Shown: positions 50,290-63,883 of the stretch, piece by piece
How the letters are laid out: each line of letters begins with the position of its first letter
Position numbering within the stretch: position 1 is the stretch's first letter
Assembly: GCF_006345805.1 (NCBI RefSeq)
Contig: NC_043001.1
Location: 44,578,001-44,642,000 of the forward strand
Source of the DNA: Octopus sinensis
Lineage: Eukaryota
DNA: 64,000 nucleotides
Reading direction: 5' to 3'
Notes under the pieces: generated by a model
What the model saw: only the letters and a program-made list of their open reading frames with translations
Databases searched by the model: none
Told to the model about the DNA's origin: nothing
Position numbers and translations under genes: made by a program

Positions 50290-51344
50290 AGTCTAGTGGT
50301 AATATTAAATTCCAGTTTTCCATTAAGCACTTATCAAAGTGATGGCATCTCATAAATATTTCTGACCTTGCATTTAGCAGAATCATGTCAGTTCTTGACT
50401 ATGAAGTTCATTTCAGTTGTTCGTAAATTGTGTTTGTTATTCCAGTTTTATAAGATTCACATCTTTCAAGGATCTTTGTTGCAATCTGTAGCACACTCTT
50501 TCAAATGCCAAATGTTATAAGACAGTTTTGTAGCATTCCTCTTTTCCATATGTGAGAAGGAATACATTATTGCAGTACCATTGTTTAGATTTACTTCCAT
50601 CACCCCTACATTGTGTTTGTGTATTAGATCAAGGTTTGCTTTGCTAGATGTGGCTGCCTCATTCATGATCTCTTTAGTATTACATGACTTATTAAAGGAG
50701 CATGTGTTATTATTTTGACGTGTGCAGTTAACATCAATTAATTATATGTTATTAAATTCACGATGTTAGCAATGAGATGATAACTTAGTTTAAGACTGTT
50801 TCTATTAAATAATCTTCTGTATCTGTGGCTAATAGGGAAATCCTTATCAATTAAAGCTATGAAATGCTTATTCTTACAGATATTAGTGTTAATAGTTAAA
50901 GATGAATGGGATGTAAATCAGGTGATGTTACAGCTTCCATTCTTATCGAGAAATGGCAGAGTGGGGTTAGGAGTATAAATGATCTTTTTGAATCTACCAG
51001 ATTTTAGTTTATTGTTGTAGTTTGTGTATCAAGGATAGCCTTATTTGATGACAGGTTTGGTATTCCAGAACTGATTCTTAAAAGTTGTGGAGTCTATATG
51101 TAAGCTTGTGTTATGTTTTACAAAAGAGTTAAATTGAAGGTTGTGTCTAATAAATTAAAGATACTTAAGTTGGTAACAATTGTTATTTTTTGGCCAAAAT
51201 TATTGGCGATATTAATATGTTCTTTTCTATACCTGAAGCATTTCTTTTAACACAGATGTCTCCAACTACCAACCCACAGACTAATACCAGACTGTGGATC
51301 ATTTGGTACTGAGCTGCACAGAAAGAATAGTTTTAAATTTGATT

Positions 51345-51388
<44 letters not shown>

Positions 51389-52220
51389 CGTGCATGCGTG
51401 CGTGTTGTACATGTAATAATTAAATTACATATTATGCACTTTATTTTGTTAAGTGCATGATGCCAAAAAAGGTTGGGCTCTGTTGCTTTACCATTTGGGG
51501 ATTCAGCAACATCTCTTTATAAGCCAAAGATTATTGTAATAAAAATATTTTGTGAATCTAGGATAGATAATCTTATCAGGTCATATATTCCAGCATGCTC
51601 ATATACTCCCTTTTCCTCATACTTACATGGAGTATGATTCTTTTGACCCAGGTAAAATCATGTCAGAGGGCATAATTTTTCTGCCATGCATAATACTATG
51701 TTGTTAAATATCTTAATGAATATTAGGTGAGGTGGAATGTAGAGATAGCAGGATAATATTCAATAATATGGGTAAATCTGAAGTTGCTTCTTATTAATAC
51801 TACTAGTTTAACTAATGACCATGCTCCTATTATCTCATTGTTGAAGGCTAATTGTCATTCTAATATTACTGTTAATTTTGCTGAAGACTTCCTTGCTAAT
51901 TAAACGAATCTCAGATTTATTTGGATTAATTAACCCTCTCATTACTGTATTGATTTTGAAATGCTCTGTGTTTCTTTCAATTACTTTAAATGTAACAAAG
52001 AAATTAGTAAAATAACTTAGTTATCATTAAGCTAGTGTTAGGAATATAAATTGTGACTAAGGTTTGGTGGAAGATTTTAATTCAAAACTTAAGAAAACAA
52101 GACATTTGTACTCAGAGATAGGGCTTGTTTCAGCTGGGTTGGTAACGAAAGGGTTAATCTATATTTCAAATAAGAAACAAGTTTTTCTTTATGGTCCTTG
52201 AATGTAATATAGACTACGTT
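50290..52220 (-). mobile_element. Decayed Penelope-like retroelement (RT + C-terminal GIY-YIG endonuclease), Naiad-like
   Basis: Colinear minus-strand motifs: VYITFKDHKE..YR|LINPNKSEIRLISKEVFSKINSNIR, IEYYPAIS, GVYEHAGIYDLIRLSIL, GL*RDVA (decayed GLYRDDG), KITIVTNLSIFNLLDTTFNL, FIALIDKDFPISHRYRRLFNRNSLKLSY, NCTRQNNNTCSFNKSC, NATKLSYNIWHLKE, LLNARSEIFMRCHHFDK. Confidence 0.9.
51934..52153. mobile_element. piggyBac-like TTAA MITE inserted in the PLE
   Basis: TTAA-ccctctcattac ... gtaacgaaaggg-TTAA. Removing the element and one TTAA restores the KYRLINP reading frame. Confidence 0.9.
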
Positions 52221-53011
52221 TAGCTGAATATTATAATCTATAATGTATGAGTTTATTTTCTGTCTTTCACCTAGATTTTCAGGGAATAGTTTTGGTTTTA
52301 CTCTTCCTATGTCACCCTTATTTAAGCCACTTAAATTATATATTACATATTTTTTAATATATTCAATTCTCCTACCACCAACAGGAAATAACCTCTTTAT
52401 GTGTTGTAAGTTGTGTTCCTTACATCTTACATCTGCGTCTATTAACCAGAAGTTGTATATTGTCTGGGATATTCAAAATTATCAATGCCTAATTACATGC
52501 ACGCATGCGCATGCACACACACACGCATTATATGCAAATATAATATATGGACTTTATAAGCCACATTATTGGTTACCCATCTAAGTGTGCTATAACTCTA
52601 AAAGAGAATATGCATTTTTCACATTTGACCCCCTGTTTAAGACAACCTCTCTAGTACTGGTAACATTATGCAATACATCCAGTACACTCTGTTTAAATAG
52701 TTGGTGATAGGAAGGGCGTCCACTCAGAGAAATCATGCCAACAACATGAAAATCGATCTCAAAACTTATCCTCCAATATGATGGAACCTCTCTGGTACAA
52801 GTGGCACAATAAAATACATCCAATCCACTCTTTAAGACATACATGTCAGTAAAGATGACCTGTTTTTTGGGGGGTTTTTTTTTTGTCTTTTCTGTTGCTG
52901 TGTATGCCAGATGATGTAAATCACATGGACTAGCAGAACTCTTCCAGTTTGTGCTAGCATGAAAGAACGGACATAAAATGATGATGAGATGATGACACAC
53001 ACATACATGTG

Positions 53012-53050
<39 letters not shown>

Positions 53051-53385
53051 TGTGCACCCAAGCATATTTACATAGCTTGAAACTATTTTCTCTACCCATC
53101 TAACCTCGCACTCCGTATGTGGTGGTTAGGGCACTTACACTTCTGTTGCTGGAGTCTGGAAGAGACTACTTACCAGTAGAGGGAGGGGAGATGTTTGGGA
53201 TGAACGAGAAGTGGTGGAGAGGTGTAGTTAATGGATGACTCATTTATCATCATCATCATCGTCATTGACATCATCCCTGTATCAGCTCCGTCAATCTCAT
53301 CATCCTAACCCTCATCACCATTACCACTATCATCATTATTGTCAGTTTTATCAAATTATTAAAATGATTTATTATTATTATTATT

Positions 53386-53420
<35 letters not shown>

Positions 53421-53946
53421 TATCGTATCATGTTAAAAGACAACAAACCAATTAGCTTTATCTCTCTCTGCCTTCTGGCTTGGCCCTGGCTAAGTTATAT
53501 GAAATTACCACATCTCAGCTGGTGGCTGTCTTGTTGGGTTAGGTCGGTTAGGACGGATGGTGGTGGAAAGGAATTGTTGGTTATTGGTTGATTGGAGGAT
53601 TGGTTTATAGGGTCCACTCCTTTCACACTGCCACCTCCACCTTCCTATCCATGCACTGGAGATTAGGGTGGGTGTGTTTTGATGGGAGGGGGGCAGTCAA
53701 ATTAGAGACAGAGGGAAATTAGGTACAGCAAGTATTCAATGATGTTTTTATATGGTTGTTTTTTTTACTATATTTTTTATTTTTTCAAAATATTTATGGA
53801 TTGGAGAGTATGCTGACATTTAAAATGAAGTACTCCAGTGTAACCAACTGAAAAATGCACTTGTGTGTGTGTATGTGTGTGTGTGTGTGCATATGGGCAC
53901 AGGCACACACACTCACATATACATACTTGTGTATGTGTGTGTATGA

Positions 53947-53988
<42 letters not shown>

Positions 53989-54024
53989 ACACACAAATAT
54001 ATAATGTATATGCATATGTGTATA

Positions 54025-54392
54025 GGTGCAAGCATAGCTGTGTGGTAAGAAGTTTACTTCCCAACTACATAGTTCCAGGTTCAGTCCTTTGGGTTAACCA
54101 AAGCTTTGTGAATGGATTTGGTTAATGATAACTAAAAGAAGCCCATCTTGTGTGTGTGTGTGTTTGTGTCTTCTAGGTTGACATCACATTGTGAAATGAT
54201 TGCTACTGTGATACAAGCAGTGTCATTCATTACCAATATTCTGTGAGAACATGTCTAGCTACAGGGAAATATTGCCTTGCTTGAAAACAGCTGAGGGTTG
54301 GTGACAGGAAGAGCATCTGGTTGAAGAAAATTAGCCTCAATAAACTCCATCCAACCCATGCAAGCAGGGAAAAGTGGACATTAAAACGATGG
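54025..54392 (+). mobile_element. SINE family A2
   Basis: tRNA head, gacatcacattgtg body, ttggtgacaggaagagcatc, acccatgcaagcagggaaaagtggacattaaaacgatg tail. Confidence 0.8.
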
Positions 54393-54709
54393 TGTGTTCC
54401 CATCTTTTTGTTCCCCTACACCACACCTGACAGTTAAACAACAATGTTGGTTTTTTTTTTATTTTTCTGTAACATAGTTTGACAAAAAGAGATCAATAAA
54501 ATAAGTCCTGGGGTGGATTTGTTTAACCAAACCCTTCAATGCTGTACCCCAACATGGTCTGGTGAGTAAAACAAACAAAGAAAATGTACATGTACACATA
54601 TATGCACACACAAAAGGCCTGCTACTGTTGCATGTATGTTTTTGCACTAAAATTACTGATGCAATGTTTTCCTGTCATAGTACAAAAAGGTGGTCATTCT
54701 CAATAATGA

Positions 54710-55085
54710 ATCTCGATGTATGGTAAGAAGCTTGGGTCCCACCCACATGGTTCTGGGTTCAGTTGCTCTGCGTGGCAACCTGGGCAAGTGTCTTCTACTA
54801 TAGCCTCGGGCTGGCCAAAGCCTTGTGAGTGGATTTGGTAGAAGGAAACTGAAAGGAGCCAGTCGTATATATATATATTATGTGTGTGTATTTGTGTCTG
54901 TGTTTGTCCCCGCCACCATCGCGTGACAACCGATGTTGGTGTGTTTACATCCCCGTAACTTAGTGGTTCAGCAAAAGAGATAGAATAAGTATTAGGATTA
55001 CAAAGAATTAGTCTTGGGGTCGATTTCTTCAACTAAAGACAGTACTCCAGCATGGCTGCAGTCAGATGAAACAAATAAAAGAATA
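54710..55085 (+). mobile_element. SINE family A1
   Basis: CORE acctgggcaagtgtcttctactatagcctcggg; body and tail present. Confidence 0.85.
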
Positions 55086-55387
55086 AAAGAAAAGAATAGA
55101 ATATATTTATATATTTATTAGCAGCAGAGGCAGTATTAACAAATATTTTTTAACAAGCTATCTCTAGTGGTTGAGCTTCCATCATTGACAAGACCAAGGA
55201 GGGTCGAAATCTTGTGATCTGATGGTCTTGGTACTGGAGGTGGCAGGGATTTTTGTCTGCTCACTAGTGATGTAAGCAAGAGTACATTTTGCACCAAAAG
55301 GTAATATAAGGGTTTCTCTCATGGTATCTTACCACAGTATAGTTTGTTCTAACAGAACGTCCACATATAAATGGGGATAAATATTAC

Positions 55388-55462
<75 letters not shown>

Positions 55463-55709
55463 ATCATTATCATTTTGATGTCCACTTTTCCACACTTGCA
55501 TCACAGACAAATTTTCTATGGCTGGATGCCCTTCCTATTGCCAACTCTTACCAGTTTCCAAATAAGGTAATATTTCCCCTCGGCCAGTCATATTTTTATG
55601 GCAGATTGGAAACAATGTCACCACTGGTATGATGGCCACACTTGCTTACTATTATCATGTGATATCAAGACAAGAATATACACACACATATATGTATATA
55701 TATACATAT

Positions 55710-55805
<96 letters not shown>

Positions 55806-56235
55806 GTATATGTACTCCTAGCTTCTTTTAGTTTCCATTTACCAGATCCACTCACAAAGCTTTGGTCAACCAAAGGCTATAATAGAAGACATTTGTCCAA
55901 AACCTTGCGATTGAGAAGCACACTTCCAGATGATACATTCATGTCTATACCTCATTTTGTGTTTGCCTCCTATGCTGGCATGAGTTGGACAATTCAGCAG
56001 AATCCAGCAGGCTGGAGAACCAATACATCTTGCTCCAGCGTTTCTATTTTAGCATGATTTCTGCTGCTAGGCACCCTTCTTAATGCCAACTACTTTACCA
56101 ATTGTATTGAGTGTTCTTTTTGTTTTACTAGCATTAGTGATGTCACCTTGAAAGATGAAAGGCAAAAATCATCATTTGAAAATTCTATGATGTTGAATAG
56201 ATTGTTGACTATCTAAAATAAAAAAAAAGATATGT

Positions 56236-56272
<37 letters not shown>

Positions 56273-56453
56273 TATATGGTGGTATGTGTATGGATAAAGG
56301 AAAAAACATTTACCATGTATCATGGAAACTTTAAGCTTAAGTGATGTCAATCAACCTGTTAATAATACACACTCACACACACTCTTACACTCACATGTAT
56401 TCTAATTAATGATAACACTTAGATATTCAATTTTATATATGTATGCATGTATA

Positions 56454-56832
56454 GGCGCAGGAGTGGCTGTGTGGTAAGTAGCTTGCTTACGAACTACATG
56501 GTTCCGGGTTCAGTCTCAAAGCGTGGCACCTTGGGTAAGTGTCTTCTACTATAGCCTCGGGCTGACCAAAGCCTTGAGTGGATTTGGTAGACAGAAACTG
56601 AAAGAAGCCTGTTGTATATATGTATATATGTTTGTGTGTCTGTGTTTGTCCCCCCCAACATCGCTTGACAACCGATGCTGGTGTGTTTACGTCCCCGTAA
56701 CTTAGCAGTTCGGCAAAAGAGACCGATAGAATAAGTACTAGGCTTACAAAGAATAAGTCCTGGGGTCAATATGCTCAACTAAAGGCGGTGCTCCAGCATG
56801 GCTGCAGTCAAATGACTGAAACAAGTAAAAGA
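56454..56832 (+). mobile_element. SINE family A1, young full-length copy
   Basis: ggcgcaggagtggctgtgtggtaag (A box) ... ggttccgggttcagtc (B-box region) ... aagtaaaaga. Confidence 0.92.
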
Positions 56833-56912
56833 GTATGTATATATATGTTATATGTATATATGTGTATATATACATATACACACACACATATATGCATATA
56901 CATATATATATA

Positions 56913-57108
56913 TCATCATCATCATCATCATCGTTTAACGTCTGCTTTCTATGCTAGCATGGGTTGGACAATTTGACTGAGGTCTTGCGAACCAGACTCC
57001 AGTCTGATATGGCAGAGTTTCTACAGCTGGATGCCCTTCCTAACGCCAACCACTCCGAGAGTGTAGTGGGTGCTTTTACGTGCCACCGGCATGAGGGCCA
57101 ATTAGGTG

Positions 57109-57113
<5 letters not shown>
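56913..57113 (-). mobile_element. RTE 3'-end copy
   Basis: (CAT)n-gtttaacgtctgctttctatgctagcatggg...gggtgcttttacgtgccaccggc. Confidence 0.85.
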
Positions 57114-57161
<48 letters not shown>

Positions 57162-57944
57162 ATAGTATACATAATATATGTAAGTATGCATAACCTAATA
57201 AAACTGGATATCTTGGTGGACTTTGTCTTATTATTTACTATACAAAAGCAGTGAGCTGGCAGTATCATTAGCACACTGAACAATATGCTTTGCAGCATTT
57301 CATCTGTTTTACATTCTGGGATCAAATGCTGCTGAGGTCAACTTTGCCTTTTATCCTTTTGAGGTCGATAAAATAAGTTCCAGTTGAGCACCGAGGTCAA
57401 TGTAATTGACTTATCCCCTCCCTGGATTTGCTGATCCTGTGCCAAAATTTAAAACTATTATTTACTATATGTGTGTGTGTGTGTATAAATGTGTACGTAA
57501 TTCATATCTTACTGTTAGATGTGAGAGCAGTGTGGATATACATACCCACACCCACACATACAGACATATACTCACCTCATTTCCTAAAGGGGTAGGTACA
57601 ATTGTGTATGTGTGTGTGTGTCCTCTGGCAGTACTGTTACCTGAAAGTTAAACTCTTATTATTGCAGAAGGTGGGGAAACTTTGTTTACCTAATCCTACT
57701 CCTGCATTTATTCCTTCACCCCACACAATCTTATTACCTTTGAAAAAATAAATAGCTGCTGTATCCAAAGAGAAGAACGAGCGATGGTTGGGCATGATGA
57801 TGATGATGATGATGATGCTGGTGTGTATTTTATGTCTTCCATTTCTTGCCTTCAAGATAGTGTTGTTTTTTTTCTTTTGTTTTCTAGTGATCCACATAGT
57901 AATAAAGATTGAAGGAAAACTGAAGCACTCTGTGTGTGTGTGAA

Positions 57945-57984
<40 letters not shown>

Positions 57985-58000
57985 TGTATGTGTATACACT

Positions 58001-58062
<62 letters not shown>

Positions 58063-59387
58063 AGATAGACAGACAGATAGATAGACAGATTGATAGATAG
58101 ATATGTAGATAGATAGATAGACAGATAGATAGATAGATAGATAGATAGGTAGATATGATTCATATTCACTTGATAACAGCAGTTTGACCCTGCTATACTA
58201 TAATTATTTGCAGACTGTATGGATAAAATCATATCTACCCTATTTCTAACTCCACCTAGGATCAGAAATGACCTGTGTGTGTTTGTCTTTGTGCGTGTGT
58301 GTGTGTGTGTGCGTGTGCATACAAGCACACGCATAAAAACTGTATCGATTCTCCATCAATTTCAATAATAGGTTCTTGCTTCATTCATATGAACTACCTC
58401 CTCATTGAATTAGGTAAGAAAGTGGCTGAGAATTCTGTAGACACTTGTAACCTTATTGTAATTATCAGGGGGAAATTCCTATGGTACAGTATGCAATAAA
58501 CTTCTCAGCCACGCAGGCAGATGTGACCAGCAGTATAAGAATGTTAGTCATGTCATGAAGTTTGCTTTCCAACCACATGGTTCCAAGCTCAGCCACGCTG
58601 CATGGCACTTTCGACAAGTGTCTTCTACTATAGCCACAAGCAAACCAAAACCTTGTAAGTGGCTTTGTTAGACGGAAACTGAAAGAAGCCCACCATCACT
58701 TAGCATCTGTTTTCCATGCTGGCATGGGTTGGATGGCTTGACTGGAACTGGTGAGCTGGAAAGCTGCACCAAGTACCAGTTTGATTTGGCATGGCTTTTA
58801 CAGCTGAATGCCCTTCCTAATGCCAACCACTCCAAGAGTGTAATGGGTGCTTTTTATGTGTTTGCCCTTGATAACAGAGGTTGGTGTGTTTACTCCCCCA
58901 TAACTTAGTAGTTCTTCAAAAGAGTCCAACAGAATAAATACCAGGCTTTAAAAAAAGTACTAGGATCAATTCATTCAACTAAAATTCTTCAAGGTGGTGC
59001 CCCAGTATGGCCACAGTCTAATGACTGAAACAAGTAAAAGATATACTAGTTTATTGTGTCATCGAAAGGGATGACAGTCTTATTATCTATGACAGATAGT
59101 AGTATATCCATTCAAAACATTAAATTGTTGTTAAATTTCTTTTCACTTTACAGGGTTGTAGACTTAACTCTGTAAGAAATAGAGAAACCATTACTTTTAT
59201 AGTAATTGTAGAGTCAGTTGGGCACAGGATGAAATGCCTCACAGTATTTAGTTATATTCATTTATGTTCTGAATTCAAATCCTACTGAAGTTAGCTTTAC
59301 TTTTATCCTTCGGGACTGAAAAAATAAATACTAATCAAATATTAATATTAATATAATTGATTATACCCCATTCATCTCTGTGGAGGC

Positions 59388-59975
59388 ATGTCACTTAGTG
59401 GTTAAGGTGTTGGATTCACAACCATAAGATTGTGGTTTCTATCCCTGTACCGGGTGATCTGTTGTGTTCTTGAGCAAAGCACTTTACTTCACGTCGCTCC
59501 AGTTCACTCAGCTGTAGAAATGAGTTTAGCCTGGAGAGGGATGAACTCTGCCAAGCTTTCCCACCCTAGATACACTGCATGGCTGCAGCACCCCAATGAC
59601 TACCAAGGGGTTAAGGGGCTTGCCATTATCATTGACCTCGTGCCTACGGAAAAAAACTGAGACTGTCACTTATAATGACAAGGGTTCCAGTTGATCCCAT
59701 CAATGGAACAGTCTGCTTGTGAAGTTAAAGTGCAAGTGGCTGAGCATTCCACAGACAAGCATACTCTTAACATAGTTCTTTGGAAGATTCAGCATGACAC
59801 AGAATTTGACAAGGCTGGCCCTTTGAAATGAAGGTACTACTCATTTTTGCTAGCTGAGTGAACTGGGACAAAGTAAAGTATCTTGCTGAAGGACACAATG
59901 CACTGCAAGGATTTGAACTCATGACCTTACAATCTTGAGTCAAATATCCTAACCACTAGGCCACATGCCTTCACC
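59388..59975. mobile_element. Two tRNA-headed SINEs in convergent (tail-to-tail) orientation
   Basis: Plus head gtggaggcatgtcacttagtggttaagg at 59389. Minus head gtgaaggcatgtggcctagtggttagg...gagttcaaatcc ending near 59975. Confidence 0.75.
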
Positions 59976-60956
59976 TATGGAAGAAACCATTATTATGGCT
60001 ATTATATTTGAATCTGAGTCATAATGACTAACATTAAAGTACTTGCTAGACTACAAACCTCGTGGTTATGTGTTCAACCTCATTACAAGAGCTCTTGTGG
60101 TGTACCTTCAGCAAGTCATTCAGAGCTGATAATTCACAACATTCTCTCCTCAAAGTTTCTCAGCACATGCTATCTTTCACCACAGAAAGATGATTCATCT
60201 TATACTGGCATGTATATGCACATATATGCATGCATACATACGTACATACATACATCCATATATATGTGTGGTAGTATCTTTTTGGCATTGTACAACAGTT
60301 GTAAACAAGTGCCACCATTATGTAAGCAGTATCCTTCTTCTCCAATTTTCCGTTAAAAGTTGTTCAGAAAGGAGTCATATTATCTTACCCAAAGGCAGTG
60401 AGCTGGCAAAATCATTAGCACCCCGGACTAAACACTTAGCAGCATTTCATCCATTTTCAAATTCCACCAAAGTCAACTTTGCTTTTCATCCTTTCAGGGT
60501 CAGTAGAATAAGTACCAGTTGAGTACTGGGGTTGATTTAATTGACTCGTACCTCTCCAAAAATTGCTGACCTTGTGTCAAAATTTGAAATCAGTCTTACC
60601 TTACTTGGAGGCAGGTAAAGGTTGGCCATTGAAAACCTGTAGAAAACCTACCTCAGCAAATTCCATCCAACCCATGCAAGTATGAAAAGGTGGGCATTAA
60701 AATGATGATGAACGTCTCATTTAAAATGGGAACATCATCATCATTTAAAGACAGTTTAAGACAAGGTATTACATAAAGTAGTTTGGGTGTATTATCATTT
60801 GTTAAAGTATTCAATTATTGACACGCAGATGAATTCCAAAAGAGAAGGAAACGGAATTAGTCCTGTAAGAGTCAAGTCATTAATTTAATAAATGAATACA
60901 CTGACATATGCACAAGCTATCTTAAAAACTTAAGTACTTGTGTGTGTTTATAGACA

Positions 60957-61336
60957 GGCAAAGTGGCTGAGTTCCTTTCAAGTGTTGGGCCTCATAGAAG
61001 CAAAGTGGGTGAATTCCTTTCAAGTGTTGGACCTCATGGAGGCAATAACCATGACCTTTGGCATTGTGTCGTGCTTGAGAAGAAAACCCATTAAGCTGAG
61101 CAAAATCACAGTTGTGTCAGACCCTGGTGTCATGCAAATGGCACCCGTGCTGGTGGTACGTAAAAGCACCTATTACACCCTAGGAGTGGTTGGTGTTAGG
61201 AAGGGCATCCAGCTCTAGAAAACTATGCCAAATCAGACTGGAGCCTAGCACAGCCTTCCAACGTGCCAGCCCAGTCAAACCATCTAACCCATGCCAGATG
61301 GACAACAGACATTAAATGATGGTGATGATGATGATG
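60957..61336 (+). mobile_element. RTE 3' UTR fragment with repeated units
   Basis: Same GLTEAMT-derived units and terminal ggagtggttggtgttaggaagggcatcc...(GAT)n as 24467-25160. Confidence 0.85.
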
Positions 61337-62204
61337 ATATATACATATAATATACAACTTTCCCCAACACTTCTCTTTTTACCCCTACTTCATCTCACCG
61401 GAGGCACACTAACATACACTCCTTGTTTATGTTTCCCCAAATTGATTCATGACTAATAGCAGCCTATTACTAGCAAACCAACCAATGCTGGTGACTATCC
61501 TTGTTTACAAAAATGAGCCAGATTATGTATCATATTGATGGACGCAAAATGAACCGAAGAGAGAAAGGGTGAGAGAAGAAAGGTGTGTGTGTGTAATTGT
61601 GTAGATGTACAGAAAAAGATATCAGACAGAACAAGAGAGATATAATGAAATAGAGTGAGTTGGTGGGGGTGCATGAGATTAGATATATAAACAGAAAAGG
61701 CATATGTAGATGAGATTTACTGTTGAAATGCAGTGAAGTGTAATGTTTCGACAGGAAGTGAGGGCACTCTTTGTTGTTAGTTCTTTTTTTTTCTGCAACA
61801 AAGGGGCTTGTTTGTAATTTATGTCAACACACATCATGCATATGAGCCAACGAGAGAGTAATGGACATCAACACATTGACTGAACTGCTAGAAACTACAG
61901 TTAAATCTTACTTAAATCAACGCCTTACCATTGTTAAAAAAAAGGTGTTTCCTGAATGCATAATGTCTGAATAAAAGATGAGATGGTCATGGCTGCAACA
62001 TCTTTGATCATATGAATGCTAGATTGTTTGACATCGGACAACACAACAGCCACTGGTATAGACAAAAAATGCTCAGACTTCTCCGCTGCACTCTGTACAA
62101 ATGACCATTGCATGACTGTACACAATGTTCTCCTCGCATCGGTGAAGGAATAACAAATCTGTTGTTTACACCTTGTAATTTAAACGACTGACAATACAAG
62201 GGAG

Positions 62205-62930
62205 TCTCTACATGGTTGCTAGACTTGCTAGAAATAGCAACTAAATTTCCCCCAATATCCTACCACTATAAAAAAAAAAGGACATGATAATGTAGACTTA
62301 ACCCTAAAAACTACAAGATGACCATGGTTTGAATATTCTTACTCACAGCTCTACTTAATCAGGAATAAATTGGGGGTTATACAACTACAACAACAACAGT
62401 CTACACCAATGGTCCTCAACCGGTGTCCATATAAGATTTTGTGGGGTGGGGTCCACGTAACAAAATAGTGAATTGGAGATCAACAATAGTATTTTAAGGG
62501 CCCCTGAAAAATTTTACTTAAGAGTTATGTATTCGTGTGTATTGCAAGAAGTAACTAGGTTCCTTTCTCTAACATTTTACATAGTTCAACCTACACAAGT
62601 TAATGTGTGAAAAAAAGGAGTTTCTATAAAACTTGTTTATAAACATCAAATGGCTATAGGGTCCACCAGAATAAAATAGTAATCAAAGGGATCCATAGAT
62701 AAAAAAAAATGGTTGAGAACCCCTACTCTACATGGTTGCTAGGCCTACTAGAAATAGCAACCAAATCTCCCCCGATATCCAACCATCATAAAAGAAGGAC
62801 TTGATAATATAGTCTTACATACCTAGATACCCCTAAAAACTACAGGATGATCATGGCTTGAATGTTCTTACACATAGGTCCGCTCAACTTGTGGGTTTTA
62901 CTACTACAACAATAACAATCTACATAATAA
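62205..62930 (+). mobile_element. Two head-to-tail copies of the old family D repeat (ctagaaatagcaaccaaatctccc...(AAC)n)
   Basis: About 200-bp units at 62205-62406 and 62727-62930. The same motif recurs in many decayed copies across the window (e.g. 430, 9310, 16330, 19765, 22500, 61880). Confidence 0.75.
62407..62725. mobile_element. hAT (Charlie-like) MITE
   Basis: Ends caatggtcctcaacc / ggttgagaaccccta (CAG(T/G)GGTTCTCAACC type). Degenerate 8-bp TSD GTCTACAC / CTCTACAT. Confidence 0.8.
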
Positions 62931-63051
62931 CGAGTCATTGGATCAGGATGGACATGAGGTATACAATGACAATTGCAACAATAATGCACATCTGCTTTTA
63001 GAAATCAGTGTACAGGTATATATATCTATATGTATGTATTCATGTATTTGC

Positions 63052-63143
<92 letters not shown>

Positions 63144-63162
63144 GTGTGTGTGTGTGTGTGTG

Positions 63163-63472
63163 GAAGCGCAATGGCCCAGTGGTTAGGGCAGTGGACTCAC
63201 GGTTGTAGGATCGCGGTTTCGATTCCCAGACCGGGCGTTGTGAGTGTTTATTGAGCGAAAACACCTAAAGCTCCACAAGGCTCCGGCAGGGGATGGTGGC
63301 GATCCCTGCTGTACTCTTTCGCCACAACTTTCTCTCACTCTTTCTTCTGTTGGCCTGCTCGCTTAGCCAGCGGGGTGGCGCCACTTGAAGGCTAAAACAA
63401 TACAAAGCACATTGTGACCAGCGATGTGTAGCAACATCTGATAGCCTGGTCGGTCATGGTGATCACGGTGAT
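63163..63472 (+). mobile_element. tRNA-derived SINE family C, young copy
   Basis: A box TGGCCCAGTGG, B box GGTTTCGATTCC, then a non-tRNA body matching 6048-6308. Confidence 0.88.
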
Positions 63473-63833
63473 ATGTCTATGTATGTATATATATATTTAT
63501 ATATATATGTGCCTATGTATATATATATCAGTAACTATTTGGACCTTGGGTATATGTAGAGTAATATGCTGAGGAAAGCAGTTTCACTGTTTAGGCTACC
63601 TGGTGTCATCCACAGTTTTAGATCATAGCCAACAACATGCCAAGCAAAAGTGATTATATTTAGTGAAGTATCTTATTTAAAATATGACACCCAATGGATG
63701 CTACACAATCAGCTGTAGAGATTCCCACCCGCAAGGGACAGATGCAAGATGGGTCAAAACAATCATTGTGTTGAATAAAGATTCTTGCAAACTCCATTTA
63801 TCATTTCCCTTATTCATTACATATATATGTATG

Positions 63834-63883
<50 letters not shown>

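Noticed and set aside
51934-52000. In-frame FVTFKVIERNTEHF upstream of LINP, at first read as PLE RT
   Set aside because: It belongs to the TTAA MITE. The true upstream RT sequence (ITFKDHKE) resumes at 52158.
63163-63240. tRNA-like heads here and in families A and B
   Set aside because: A and B boxes are present, but there is no complete cloverleaf and they continue into multi-copy SINE bodies; not tRNA genes.
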